Shown: positions 50,729 through 59,215 of the stretch, piece after piece
Position numbering within the stretch: position 1 is the first letter of the stretch
Layout of the letters: each line of letters opens with the position of its first letter
Source: an uncultured Eubacteriales bacterium
Lineage (GTDB): Bacteria; Bacillota; Clostridia; Oscillospirales; CAG-272
Direction: 5' to 3'
Assembly (NCBI GenBank): GCA_905205065.1
Contig: CAJLCI010000001.1
Span: forward strand, 124,690 to 188,689
Length of the DNA: 64,000 bases
The notes under the pieces: generated by a model
What the model saw: only the letters and a program-made list of their open reading frames with translations
What the model was told of the DNA's origin: nothing
The model's database searches: none
Position numbers and translations under genes: made by a program

Positions 50729-51364
50729 TTACGCATTTTTGACTGTGTCACGGATAAACACAATTCCGCCTTTAGCTCCGGGAACAGCTCCCTTAACGGC
50801 GATAAGGTTTGCATCCGCGTCAATCTTTGCAATTTCAAGATTCAATACAGTCACCTGCTCATTTCCATACTGTCCCGGCATAATCTTGTTTTTGAATATA
50901 CGGGAGGGTGTGGAAGTCGAACCCATAGAACCGGGCTGACGGTGAATAGGACCTGTACCGTGTGTCATTTTAAGTATGTGAGCGTTCCATCTTTTAACAA
51001 CGCCTGTGAATCCGCGTCCTCTTGTGATTCCGGTTACGTCGACCTTTTCACCCTCGGCAAAATCACCGGCAGTGACGGTATCGCCTACATTGAGTCCGGA
51101 ACAATCATCAAGTCTGAATTCCTTCAGGTGCTTTTTATTTGTAACTCCAGCTGCCTTAAAATGTCCCAATTCCGGCTTGGTAAGCTTACGCTCGGCAATA
51201 TCTTCAAATCCGAGCTGAACAGCTTCATAGCCGTCTTTTTCAACTGTTTTCTTCTGAGCGACAACACAAGGCCCCGCTTCAAGAACAGTTACAGGAATAA
51301 CATTTCCCGCCTCGTCAAAAATCTGGGTCATCCCCAGCTTCTTTCCAATGATACCTTTCTTCAT
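50729..51364 (-). CDS. rplC: 50S ribosomal protein L3
   Basis: GIIGKKLGMTQIF identifies L3 (211 aa). Confidence 0.96.
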   Translation of the reverse strand: MKKGIIGKKLGMTQIFDEAGNVIPVTVLEAGPCVVAQKKTVEKDGYEAVQLGFEDIAERKLTKPELGHFKAAGVTNKKHLKEFRLDDCSGLNVGDTVTAGDFAEGEKVDVTGITRGRGFTGVVKRWNAHILKMTHGTGPIHRQPGSMGSTSTPSRIFKNKIMPGQYGNEQVTVLNLEIAKIDADANLIAVKGAVPGAKGGIVFIRDTVKNA

Positions 51365-51673
51365 TAGTATCTTTTCCTTTCCAGCACTTCAACAGTGCAC
51401 ATGTTATTGGTTGACGCAACGCGTCAACATGACATACCGTAGGCTGCATAAATGCAGCGCGGCCATCGCGCCTTCGGCACCGGCTGGCCGAGGGCTTTTT
51501 GTATATAATTTTCCGTATATTTTCTATATATTTTCCATAATATCTTCCATATAGTATTTTCCTATATCCATATACTTTTATATCAATATAATTTACACAT
51601 ATAGAAATTAGAAATATATAATAAATATATAATAATGTAGAAAACCGATATACAAAGACACTTCCCGAAAAAA

Positions 51674-51988
51674 TCAGAGCTTAATCTCGATTTCAACACC
51701 GGCAGGAAGCTCAAGACTCATCATAGCCTCAACAGTCTTCTGCGAAGGCTTTATAACATCGATAAGTCTTTTGTGAGTTCTCATTTCAAACTGTTCGCGG
51801 CTGTCCTTATATTTGTGAACTGCACGGAGAATAGTTACAATCTCTTTATCCGTAGGAAGCGGAACGGGACCTGAAACCGTTGCGCCGTTGCGCTTTGCGG
51901 TCTCGACAATCTTTTCCGCAGCCATGTCGATAAGAGTATGGTCGTAACTCTTCAGTCTGATTCTGAGCTTTTCCTTAATAGCTGCCAC
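51674..51988 (-). CDS. rpsJ: 30S ribosomal protein S10
   Basis: [10 protein letters not shown] is the S10 motif. The start is taken at GTG, 8 nt after AAGGAGG. The ATG used by the track lies inside that RBS. Confidence 0.92.
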   Translation of the reverse strand: MAAIKEKLRIRLKSYDHTLIDMAAEKIVETAKRNGATVSGPVPLPTDKEIVTILRAVHKYKDSREQFEMRTHKRLIDVIKPSQKTVEAMMSLELPAGVEIEIKL

Positions 51989-52403
51989 TTGTTTTTCCTC
52001 CTTCATAGTCTTTTATAAGGGGGAATACGCACCGAAAATCATTCTGTCAGTGTTCAGTCAGTTTCCGCCGGTATCCTGCTTTTCTTCTGCTCCATCCTCT
52101 GCTTCATCTTAAGCTGACAGACTGAAAATCAGGCATACGCTGTCAAAGGCCGATACTACCTTAATCCGATCGCCGCCGCATTGCACACCCTGCCGGGTGT
52201 TTCAAAGACCGACATTAAAAATAACGGATTCGCCGCATGCCTTACGGCAGCGACGGCGCCGTAATTTCTATCCGGAAAAACACTGTTTCGATACGATTGC
52301 CGCCCGGTTTGTAAACTCGGACATACTCTGCGAAAATTCCCTGCGCACAGCCATTTCAGCCGCCTCAGCCACCTTTCGCCTCATCGCACATCAAGCTTTT
52401 AAA

Positions 52404-52432
52404 TTATACACTAAAAAAGAGCCGAATGCAAT
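52404..52432 (-). promoter_or_regulatory. Candidate S10-operon promoter (TTGCAT-17-TATAAT on the minus strand)
   Basis: The hexamers were read on the reverse complement. This promoter would give a leader of about 400 nt before rpsJ. Confidence 0.5.
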
Positions 52433-52573
52433 AGTTTTCCAAACATTTTTTTGTTTTTTTAATTTTTTACATTTTGTTCATATTTTAACCATCAATTAAT
52501 GCTTTGGTGAAAAGTTTCAAAAAGTAATGACTTTTCAGCCTTATATTTTGTAACTTAATTCGTCAAAATACTA

Positions 52574-52610
52574 TTGACAATTTTATACATTTATGGTATT
52601 ATATTGTCAA
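52574..52610. promoter_or_regulatory. Face-to-face overlapping divergent promoters in a near-palindrome
   Basis: The plus strand reads TTGACA(52574)-17-TATTAT, pointing towards abrB. The minus strand reads TTGACA(52610)-17-TATAAA, pointing towards rpsJ. The outer arms ttgacaat/attgtcaa are inverted repeats. Confidence 0.55.
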
Positions 52611-52752
52611 GTTAAAGCAAACACTCCATAATGATGAAAATTTATACTGAAATCATACGGAGTACGCTTAAATAAATCATATCCGAATATTATATCCGGA
52701 AAATTCAGTTCAAAACTTCAAAAAAATCTAAAATTATAGGGGGATAACTCAT

Positions 52753-53004
52753 ATGAAGTCGACTGGAATTGTTAGGAAAATCGACGAGCTCGGAAGAATC
52801 GTACTGCCAATTGAAATAAGGAACACTCTTGATATTAAACCCAAAGATTCAATCGAAATATTTGTTGACGATGATAAAATCGTTCTCAAGAAATATCAGC
52901 CGTCATGCATTTTCTGCGGGAATTCCGATTATGTAACAGTATTCCGTGGAAAACTTGTATGCGCCGATTGTATTTCAGCTATCAAGCGTTCCATTGTTCA
53001 GTAA
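52753..53004 (+). CDS. abrB: AbrB-family transition-state regulator
   Basis: MKSTGIVRKIDELGRIVLPIEIRNTL forms the SpoVT/AbrB swapped-hairpin domain. A C-terminal CxxC...CxxC is present. Confidence 0.9.
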   Translation: MKSTGIVRKIDELGRIVLPIEIRNTLDIKPKDSIEIFVDDDKIVLKKYQPSCIFCGNSDYVTVFRGKLVCADCISAIKRSIVQ

Positions 53005-53083
53005 AAGCTGTCAGTTTAATTATTATTTGTAAAATTTTCTTTCAGTTATAATAATTATAATAATTCAATATGTTTCATTGGTA

Positions 53084-53120
53084 ATTCACGGCGGGATTTT
53101 TTCCCGCCGTGAATTTTTTA
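53084..53120 (+). terminator. Intrinsic terminator after abrB
   Basis: The stem aattcacggcggga/tcccgccgtgaatt is followed by TTTT. Confidence 0.8.
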
Positions 53121-53312
53121 TACAAATAATTAAATGCATCGAGGTACTTAAATCAATCAAAATATTTAAAAATAAGTCCTTTCTGTATAATTTGATTTTG
53201 ACGGTCAAAAATACTATTGCAAGCAAAAAGGTCCGATGCCTGCAAAATTCGGATTCTGTTGATTTTTACGGCAGGCACGCAAGCTTAATATAATATGAAA
53301 GGACAAAGATGT

Positions 53313-54065
53313 ATGAATTATAACGCAAAACGAGCAAGACTCAGCGGCGTTATATACATAATCCTTGCGCTAATGCTGGCGGCGATTATGTGTATAACCT
53401 TCTTTACCGCAATTTCTTCACGAAGAGAGAATACCTTGCCGGAGGATACCACCCCGACAGCGGACACATCCGACCGTACCAACGATACGCTTCCGTCTGT
53501 AATTCCGGGAACCGAAAATTCATCCATAGTTGATGCCAACCCTGTAACATCTCCGGACGACGCGGCAGTAAACGCTGAGCCGTCAGACGAAGAGACAAAA
53601 ACTCCGAGCGTAACAAAACCGACATTTTTTATGCCGTTTGACGGTATTGTAACAAAAGAATTTTCAGGAAATATTCCCGTATTTTCAATTACAATGAATG
53701 ACTACAGAGTTCACGCGGGAATAGACATTGAGGCCGCAGAGGGAAGTTATGTCAAAAGCTGCGCGAGCGGAATTATATCCAATATATATAATGATGATCT
53801 CTGCGCAACATGTATATCAATCGACCACGGAAGCGGATATGTATCATGTTATCGCGGACTCAGCGACGAGCTTCCGGAAGGAATTGTAGCCGGAGCGTCA
53901 GTCGAAGCAGGAACGGTTATAGGCACAATAGACGACGGAGCATTGTTTGAAGTTTCGCAGCCTGCCCATTTGCACTTTGAAATGACGGTAAACGGAGAAT
54001 TTGTCGATCCGCTTGAATATCTGCCATATAACGCGGAAGCAGCCGCAGCTTACTACGGAGAATAA
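53313..54065 (+). CDS. M23 family metallopeptidase, membrane anchored (SpoIIQ-like possibility)
   Basis: It has an N-terminal TM helix, the motifs HAGIDI...DHGSGY...HLHFE, and a low-complexity linker. Confidence 0.75.
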   Translation: MNYNAKRARLSGVIYIILALMLAAIMCITFFTAISSRRENTLPEDTTPTADTSDRTNDTLPSVIPGTENSSIVDANPVTSPDDAAVNAEPSDEETKTPSVTKPTFFMPFDGIVTKEFSGNIPVFSITMNDYRVHAGIDIEAAEGSYVKSCASGIISNIYNDDLCATCISIDHGSGYVSCYRGLSDELPEGIVAGASVEAGTVIGTIDDGALFEVSQPAHLHFEMTVNGEFVDPLEYLPYNAEAAAAYYGE

Positions 54066-54135
54066 TAATTACACCAATCTTTTAAATCATACAATCTCTT
54101 AAATAAATCACTTAAATCAAACAGTCAAATCAAAC

Positions 54136-54192
54136 AAAAAAACCTTTGCACGGCAAAAGTCAATTAAAATACAGCCGCGCAAAGGTTTTTTT
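54136..54192. terminator. Bidirectional intrinsic terminator between convergent genes
   Basis: The stem aaaaaaacctttgc.cgg ... ccgcgcaaaggttttttt is flanked by an A-run on one side and a T-run on the other. Confidence 0.7.
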
Positions 54193-54202
54193 ATTATGGT
54201 CA

Positions 54203-55714
54203 TCAGAACAAATCGAGAGTACAATTTCTTATGGTCTTGTATTTTTCGTATTTTTCAAGATATACTTCTTTATATTTAAAATCAGGATATGCAGGACGCT
54301 TATACTCAACAAAAATTTCCGCAGCTTCCCTCAGCGAGTTAAAGCGTCCAAGAGCACAGCCCGCCATCATCGCGCAGCCTGCCGCTCCGGCTTCATCGGC
54401 CGCAAGCGGAGCTATAGATTCAATTCCGCAAAGAGAACCGAAAATATCAGCCTTGATTCCGAGCCAAACCGAAGAAGAAGCTCCTCCACCCGTCGCCATA
54501 AGCTGTCTTACAGATATTCCCTGTTCGGAAAGCTTTTCAAGATTATACGCCATTTCAAAAGTAAGTCCCTCCATGACCGCGCGGTATATATCCGCAAGTC
54601 CTGTTTCCATTGTCATACCAATTATGCTTCCCTTAGCGTCCGGAACAATATCGGGCGTCCCGCCCGCACCGAGAAAATGGGGAACAACAAGAATATCGGA
54701 AGGCTTCTCTGGACAAAGCTCATCAAGCATACGGTAAACACTGACTCCGCGTTTCGCAGCCTCTGCTTTCATCGGCAGAGCGAAGGTATCTCGAAACCAC
54801 TTTAAAAGAACTCCTCCGGAAAAATTAAAAGCATATGTAGCATAAAGCCCACCGACAGAATGCGGAACACATACATAATTATTTGACGTAAACCCCTCCG
54901 ACTTTATAATTCTGTCAAAAACAGGCGTTATACATTCAACAGATCCGGTGCCGTCAACCGCTTGCCCCGCAGAAAGAACCCCAGCGCCTGTAGCGGCAGC
55001 AATCTGGTCCTGAGAACCAGCGACAATCTTAACAGTATCGGAAAGTCCGAGCTCCGCTGCAAGTTCTCTTCGCAGTAATCCGATTACAGTCCCGTTTGGT
55101 ACGGGATCCGGCATCTGTTCCATGCGAATCCCTGCTGCCTCCAAAAGCTCCGGTGACCACCGCAGACGCTCAACATCGAAAGCATCCGTTCTGCACGCCT
55201 GAGTATACGTCGTCGTAAATTCTCCGGACAGACGATAACAGATAAAGTCGGCCGCCTGAAGAAATCTGAACGCACTCTCACGAACCGCCGAAATATTTTC
55301 CGACATCCACATGATTTTCGGCAGTGAATACATTGGAGCCGGATTTGCACATGTAACAGAAGAAATATATTTTCGCCCCAGTTTTTCAATCAGTCTATCA
55401 TTTTCAGACACTCCACGCCTGTCGGTATACATTATCATATCGCAAAGACAGTTTCCCTCGCGGTCTACTGGCACGCACGCCTCTCCGAAAGACGTTACTG
55501 AAATTGCAGCGACATCAGATCTTTCTACCTTGCCTCCGCTGACACAGCGCGCAATAACATCCTTAGCAGCATCAAAAATAGTATCGGCATTCATATCACC
55601 GGCTCCGGCAGATGTAGGATATTCCGAATACGCAAGCGACAGCTGAACACCGTTTTCGGAAAATGCGACACATTTAATTCCGGTACTCCCTGCGTCAAGA
55701 CCTAAAAAAATCAT
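54203..55714 (-). CDS. FGGY-family carbohydrate kinase (second copy)
   Basis: LGLDAGSTGIKCV and the GGGASS motif are present. The ORF is 503 aa. Confidence 0.85.
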   Translation of the reverse strand: MIFLGLDAGSTGIKCVAFSENGVQLSLAYSEYPTSAGAGDMNADTIFDAAKDVIARCVSGGKVERSDVAAISVTSFGEACVPVDREGNCLCDMIMYTDRRGVSENDRLIEKLGRKYISSVTCANPAPMYSLPKIMWMSENISAVRESAFRFLQAADFICYRLSGEFTTTYTQACRTDAFDVERLRWSPELLEAAGIRMEQMPDPVPNGTVIGLLRRELAAELGLSDTVKIVAGSQDQIAAATGAGVLSAGQAVDGTGSVECITPVFDRIIKSEGFTSNNYVCVPHSVGGLYATYAFNFSGGVLLKWFRDTFALPMKAEAAKRGVSVYRMLDELCPEKPSDILVVPHFLGAGGTPDIVPDAKGSIIGMTMETGLADIYRAVMEGLTFEMAYNLEKLSEQGISVRQLMATGGGASSSVWLGIKADIFGSLCGIESIAPLAADEAGAAGCAMMAGCALGRFNSLREAAEIFVEYKRPAYPDFKYKEVYLEKYEKYKTIRNCTLDLF

Positions 55715-55798
55715 AACCGTTCTCCATTTCTGTTCTTAAAAGCCGGCGGCACCGGCAATTTTTTTTCACATCAAAATAAAAAATGTGTTCCTTATAAT

Positions 55799-55827
55799 AT
55801 TGACTATCTATCCTTTTAATATTATAA
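55799..55827 (+). promoter_or_regulatory. Sigma-A-type promoter (TTGACT-17-TATAAT)
   Basis: The hexamers were read directly and lie upstream of the aldolase gene. Confidence 0.55.
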
Positions 55828-55882
55828 TAATAAAAATGAAGTATGTCAACAAAATCATTTCATATCAGATAGGAGTATAAAA

Positions 55883-56878
55883 ATGTCTGTTGTATCAGAT
55901 TACAAAAAAGTTAAAGAAATATACCAAAAGGCCGCGGAAAAAGGATGGGTAATTCCCTGCATCTGTTCCGAAAATCTCACTACAACCGAAGCAATCTTTT
56001 CAGCGGCGGAGGACTTTGCCGTCTCGCACGAACTCGATTCCGTTCCGGTTACAATTGCAATGACGGTAAAATACAGCCACCGCCCGCAAGCTACATACTA
56101 TACACACAGCCGCCGCGCTGACATCGGTCTCCGCTGCTTCCGCGCGGACGCCGAAATACTTTCGGAGGTATATCCCCACGTTACGGCTATGCTTCACTTA
56201 GACCATGTTCAGCCGATTGACGACAGTGACCTGCTTAACAGCGATCTTTCGGGCTACGCTTCGATAATGTATGACGCTTCAGCCTTTCCCTTTGAGCAAA
56301 ATATAAAAATGACTTCGGATTTTGTAGATAGGATGAACGACAAAATCCTCATAGAGGGAGCATGCGACGAAATATACGACGCGGGCGGATCGACTCACAA
56401 TTCAATCACAACAGCGGAGGACGCAAAACGCTTTATAGACGAAACCCGAGTTGATTTGATTGTATGCAATCTCGGAACAGAACACCGCGCGTCAGGAAAA
56501 GATTTAAAATATTACGGAGACGCCGCACGCAAAATCCGCGACGCTATAGGAGAAAAAATAGTCCTTCACGGCACCTCATCGGTAACGGCCGATCAGATTA
56601 AAACTCTTTTTGCCGACGGCGTATGCAAGGTAAATATCTGGACAGCGGTCGAACGCGATTCTTCTCCTGTGCTTCTCCGCTGGATGGCGGAAAACGCGTC
56701 GCTTATAGGCGGAGCCGCAGCAGTAGACAAACTGATAGAGGAAGGTTATCTCGGAAACCGCTGTAAAACAGGAGAATCCGCTTCGCTGAAATACTTCACC
56801 ACCGAAGCGCGCCAGCAGATAGTCTTTGAGGAAATGAAAAAAATAGTCAGAGCGTACTTCGATCTCTGGTACGTATAA
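55883..56878 (+). CDS. Class II ketose-bisphosphate aldolase family protein (FBA/tagatose-bisphosphate type)
   Basis: LHLDH, GTEH and HGTSS are zinc- and phosphate-binding motifs of class II aldolases. Confidence 0.8.
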   Translation: MSVVSDYKKVKEIYQKAAEKGWVIPCICSENLTTTEAIFSAAEDFAVSHELDSVPVTIAMTVKYSHRPQATYYTHSRRADIGLRCFRADAEILSEVYPHVTAMLHLDHVQPIDDSDLLNSDLSGYASIMYDASAFPFEQNIKMTSDFVDRMNDKILIEGACDEIYDAGGSTHNSITTAEDAKRFIDETRVDLIVCNLGTEHRASGKDLKYYGDAARKIRDAIGEKIVLHGTSSVTADQIKTLFADGVCKVNIWTAVERDSSPVLLRWMAENASLIGGAAAVDKLIEEGYLGNRCKTGESASLKYFTTEARQQIVFEEMKKIVRAYFDLWYV

Positions 56879-56915
56879 TGCTTTATCTTTTTTTCGATTT
56901 TTTTTGACAAAATGC

Positions 56916-56944
56916 TTGACAAACCTTTAATCGTGTGATATAAT
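56916..56944 (+). promoter_or_regulatory. Consensus sigma-A promoter (TTGACA-17-TATAAT) with no downstream CDS
   Basis: Both hexamers are perfect and the spacer is 17 bp. The next plus-strand gene is 4 kb away. Confidence 0.65.
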
Positions 56945-56949
56945 TATTA

Positions 56950-57372
56950 ATAGATAGAAATATTATCCATTTAGCTTTTGCTTTTTAATTAAATACCGTC
57001 TGAACCGGCAGGACATAAAAGAACGCCGGCAGATTTGTTGGATTCCCGTCCAACATCTCCTGATATTCATGTGCCGAACACACATAAATACCCACCGGAA
57101 TCCCGGCGCCGACGTGAGATATATTATAACATACTTTATTTTATATTTCAAGAGGTTTGCCGAAAAAAACCGAATTAGAGGACAAACGGTTTTGACTCTC
57201 AACCTATGTACCGTCTTTGGTCGTTGAAGTTTTAAAGCCTTTTCCCTCATTTTCAAGTTTTTGGATTCTTAAACCTTTTTTCAAAAAGGTTTAAGCCTCC
57301 GCAGGATTATTCTTCGATTTGTATTATACAAAATCGGGGCGTTGTGTTTGTGCACATGCCCCGATTTTTTTG
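56950..57372 (+). ncRNA. Candidate non-coding transcript of about 420 nt (promoter to terminator) of unknown family
   Basis: It is bounded by the 56916 promoter and the 57333 terminator. The longest plus-strand ATG ORF is under 10 codons. Perfect local hairpins include tgttgga/tccaaca and cttaaacctttt/aaaaggtttaag. Confidence 0.45.
57333..57372 (+). terminator. Strong intrinsic terminator
   Basis: The 8-bp GC-rich stem atcggggc/gccccgat is followed by TTTTTTT. Confidence 0.8.
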
Positions 57373-57503
57373 TTTTCTCTTTTTTAAATCATTCAAAAGA
57401 AAAGGACGTGATTTATTTTGTCAGAGCCAAGCGGAAGCATCTGCCGCAGGCAGAGCTGTCTCAGTCCGGTTAAAATTGAATAGAATTGACTGTCAGTTTT
57501 GAA

Positions 57504-57538
57504 CCGGAAATTAATTTCCTTCGGAGTTAATCTTCCGG
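57504..57538 (+). repeat. Module X1 (stem ccggaa/ttccgg enclosing TTCGGAGTTAATC)
   Basis: It aligns with X2 at 58490 and shares the upstream ttttgaa. Confidence 0.7.
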
Positions 57539-57892
57539 GCAAAAAAGCCGCAGCGGAGCATGAGAGGTTCCCGCCTCCCATGTCCGAACTCGGAGTTGCC
57601 GAACCAACGCCCAAGTCACTTCTGCGGTAACTGATAGTTTAACACATTCTTTGCGTTTTGTCAACACCTTTTAACGATAACAATCTCAAGCTGTCTTAAG
57701 TTGTTTCAAGTCGTTTCAAGTCGTTTTTAATTTGGTAAAACCGGGCCAACTGAATTGTGTCGGACTTTAGTGCCGTGAAATAAAAACCAGAAGTGCGCTG
57801 TCAGCTTTAGCTTTCAGTATTTAATACGAAAAGTTTGCAGTGTAATTCAGAGCGATACAATTTGATTTAGGATAATTCAATATGTTTCAGAA

Positions 57893-58006
57893 TGATTTAA
57901 TTTGATTCAGTTTGATTCAATAGATTCGGTCTGATTCAATAGATTTAATCTGATTCAATAGATTTAGTCTGATTCAATAGATTCAGTTTGATTCAGCGTG
58001 ATTTTA
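57893..58006. repeat. 19-bp tandem array of 6 units (ctgattcaatagatttagt and variants)
   Basis: The units are contiguous head to tail and were indexed by hand. Confidence 0.9.
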
Positions 58007-58134
58007 GCTGCATGCGGCGCGAGCCGCGGCTACCAATGCAGCCGAAAGTATCACATTGCAAAGCTTGTCAGCATTGATAAAGTGTTGAGGAAAAGTGTTT
58101 TTTCCCATAGCGTGTACCACATGCTATAACACGT

Positions 58135-58160
58135 CGCGTAAAAGAAGCCGCGCAAGCGGC
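58135..58160 (+). repeat. Module Z1 (cgcgtaaaagaa plus hairpin gccgc-GCAA-gcggc)
   Basis: It aligns with Z2 at 58989. The hairpin has a GNRA loop. Confidence 0.7.
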
Positions 58161-58288
58161 GTCTGTCGCAGAAACTGTTTACCTGTTTACTCAAAAAGTT
58201 AAACGTAAAAGGTAAACGTAATTGGAAGTCTACGCGTTGCGATATTCCACAATTCCGAGTTTTACGCCTGCCGGTATTTTTCCCGGAG

Positions 58289-58323
58289 GTTGACTTATCC
58301 GGTCTGTGCCGTTGATTTGTGCC
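58289..58323 (+). repeat. Module Y1 (ttgacttatccggtctgtgccgttgatttgtgcc)
   Basis: It aligns with Y2 at 59139, 850 bp away, and more weakly with 57192-57224. Confidence 0.65.
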
Positions 58324-58489
58324 AATGTTTTTTACTGTCTGTTTATGACATCAATTTTTGATGTTGGTTTGCAGTCCGCTCTATTGGTCTCTGCCGTAAT
58401 TTCTGCATTGCGGCAGGTAACATGCGCGGCACAGCCGAATTATAATAAACATTTCTCAGGTATTTTTCTGCATAATGCTTTTTGAATCG

Positions 58490-58528
58490 CCGAGAAATGT
58501 TACTTTCTTTCGGAGTTAATCTTCTCGG
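58490..58528 (+). repeat. Module X2 (stem ccgagaa/ttctcgg enclosing TTCGGAGTTAATC)
   Basis: It aligns with X1. The stem carries an extra A on one arm, matched by an extra T on the other. Confidence 0.7.
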
Positions 58529-58847
58529 ATAAACGGAATCGCAGAGAATGCAAAAGTCAAAAAACGCACTCAAAAGCTTAAAGCTGATATAAAAGCTATG
58601 CGCCAAAAAATTAAGCTTACATCAAATTGAATGTTCGGCTTTTGTATCTCATTTATATACTTGGGGTTGTGCAAGCGGCGCTCAAGCCGCTCCTGTCTTT
58701 CGGAGCGCGCTTGCAGTCATGAATGCAAGTCATGCATGCGGAAGGTCTTCCGCCATGATACGGCGCCGGGGCGAATGTGGATTTAGGCTTAACGTTTTCA
58801 CAGCGTTAACATGTCAAACGAAATTGAAGCATCGTCGGGATACAGTT

Positions 58848-58984
58848 GAAAGACGCTGAAACGACACTGAACGCAGCTGAAGCGATGTCCGGCGCAGTGA
58901 AACATACGCCGAACGAAGTTAAAGCGGCGTTAAAGCGATGCTAAACGCAGTGAGACATTCGTCAAACGCAGTGAGACGTTCTGC
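58848..58984. repeat. Degenerate tandem array of about 21 bp (aaacgcagtgagacattcgtc and variants, about 6 units)
   Basis: The two 3' units are nearly identical. The upstream units become progressively more diverged. Confidence 0.7.
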
Positions 58985-58988
58985 ACAT

Positions 58989-59014
58989 CGTGTAAAAGAA
59001 ACCGCGCGAGCGGT
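58989..59014 (+). repeat. Module Z2 (cgtgtaaaagaa plus hairpin accgc-GCGA-gcggt)
   Basis: It aligns with Z1. The closing pair changes from G-C to A-T in a compensated way, and the GNRA loop is kept. Confidence 0.7.
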
Positions 59015-59138
59015 TACACTTCCGCAAAGTACGTCTGTTTTTAAAGCTTTAAAAGCAAAGGCCGCGCGTATTTTGTGTTGCGTTAGCCCGCAATATCAAG
59101 TTTTTTCTGTTCTGTACAGAAAATTGTTTGTCCTTGAA

Positions 59139-59172
59139 ATTAACTTATCCGGTCATGCCGTTCATTCGGCAC
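59139..59172 (+). repeat. Module Y2 (ttaacttatccggtcatgccgttcattcggcac)
   Basis: It aligns with Y1. It sits inside a 9-bp outer stem atccggtca/tgaccggat that is followed by TTTTTT. Confidence 0.65.
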
Positions 59173-59215
59173 AGTCTTCTGACTGTGTTCGTCTGGCGCG
59201 GTCTGACCGGATTTT

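Noticed and set aside
57085-57120. FMN (RFN) riboswitch fragment: caccgg-aatc-ccggcGCCGACGTGAG resembles the P5/P6 GCCGACGGT region
   Set aside because: Only this roughly 30-nt piece matches. The 5' GGGTGAAATTCCC..ACCGGCGGT part and the 3' AGTCCGGATG part are missing or out of order, and no rib or transporter gene lies downstream.
56963-57256. 97-aa minus-strand ORF inside the promoter-to-terminator interval
   Set aside because: It has no RBS and an extremely basic, Cys-rich, improbable composition. It crosses several perfect hairpins.
57393-58606. Minus-strand ORFs 57393-57614 and 58343-58606 that share the peptide RLTPKE.N
   Set aside because: The shared peptide is just the translation of nucleotide module X. 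Similarity ends outside the module, there is no RBS, and the composition is not protein-like.
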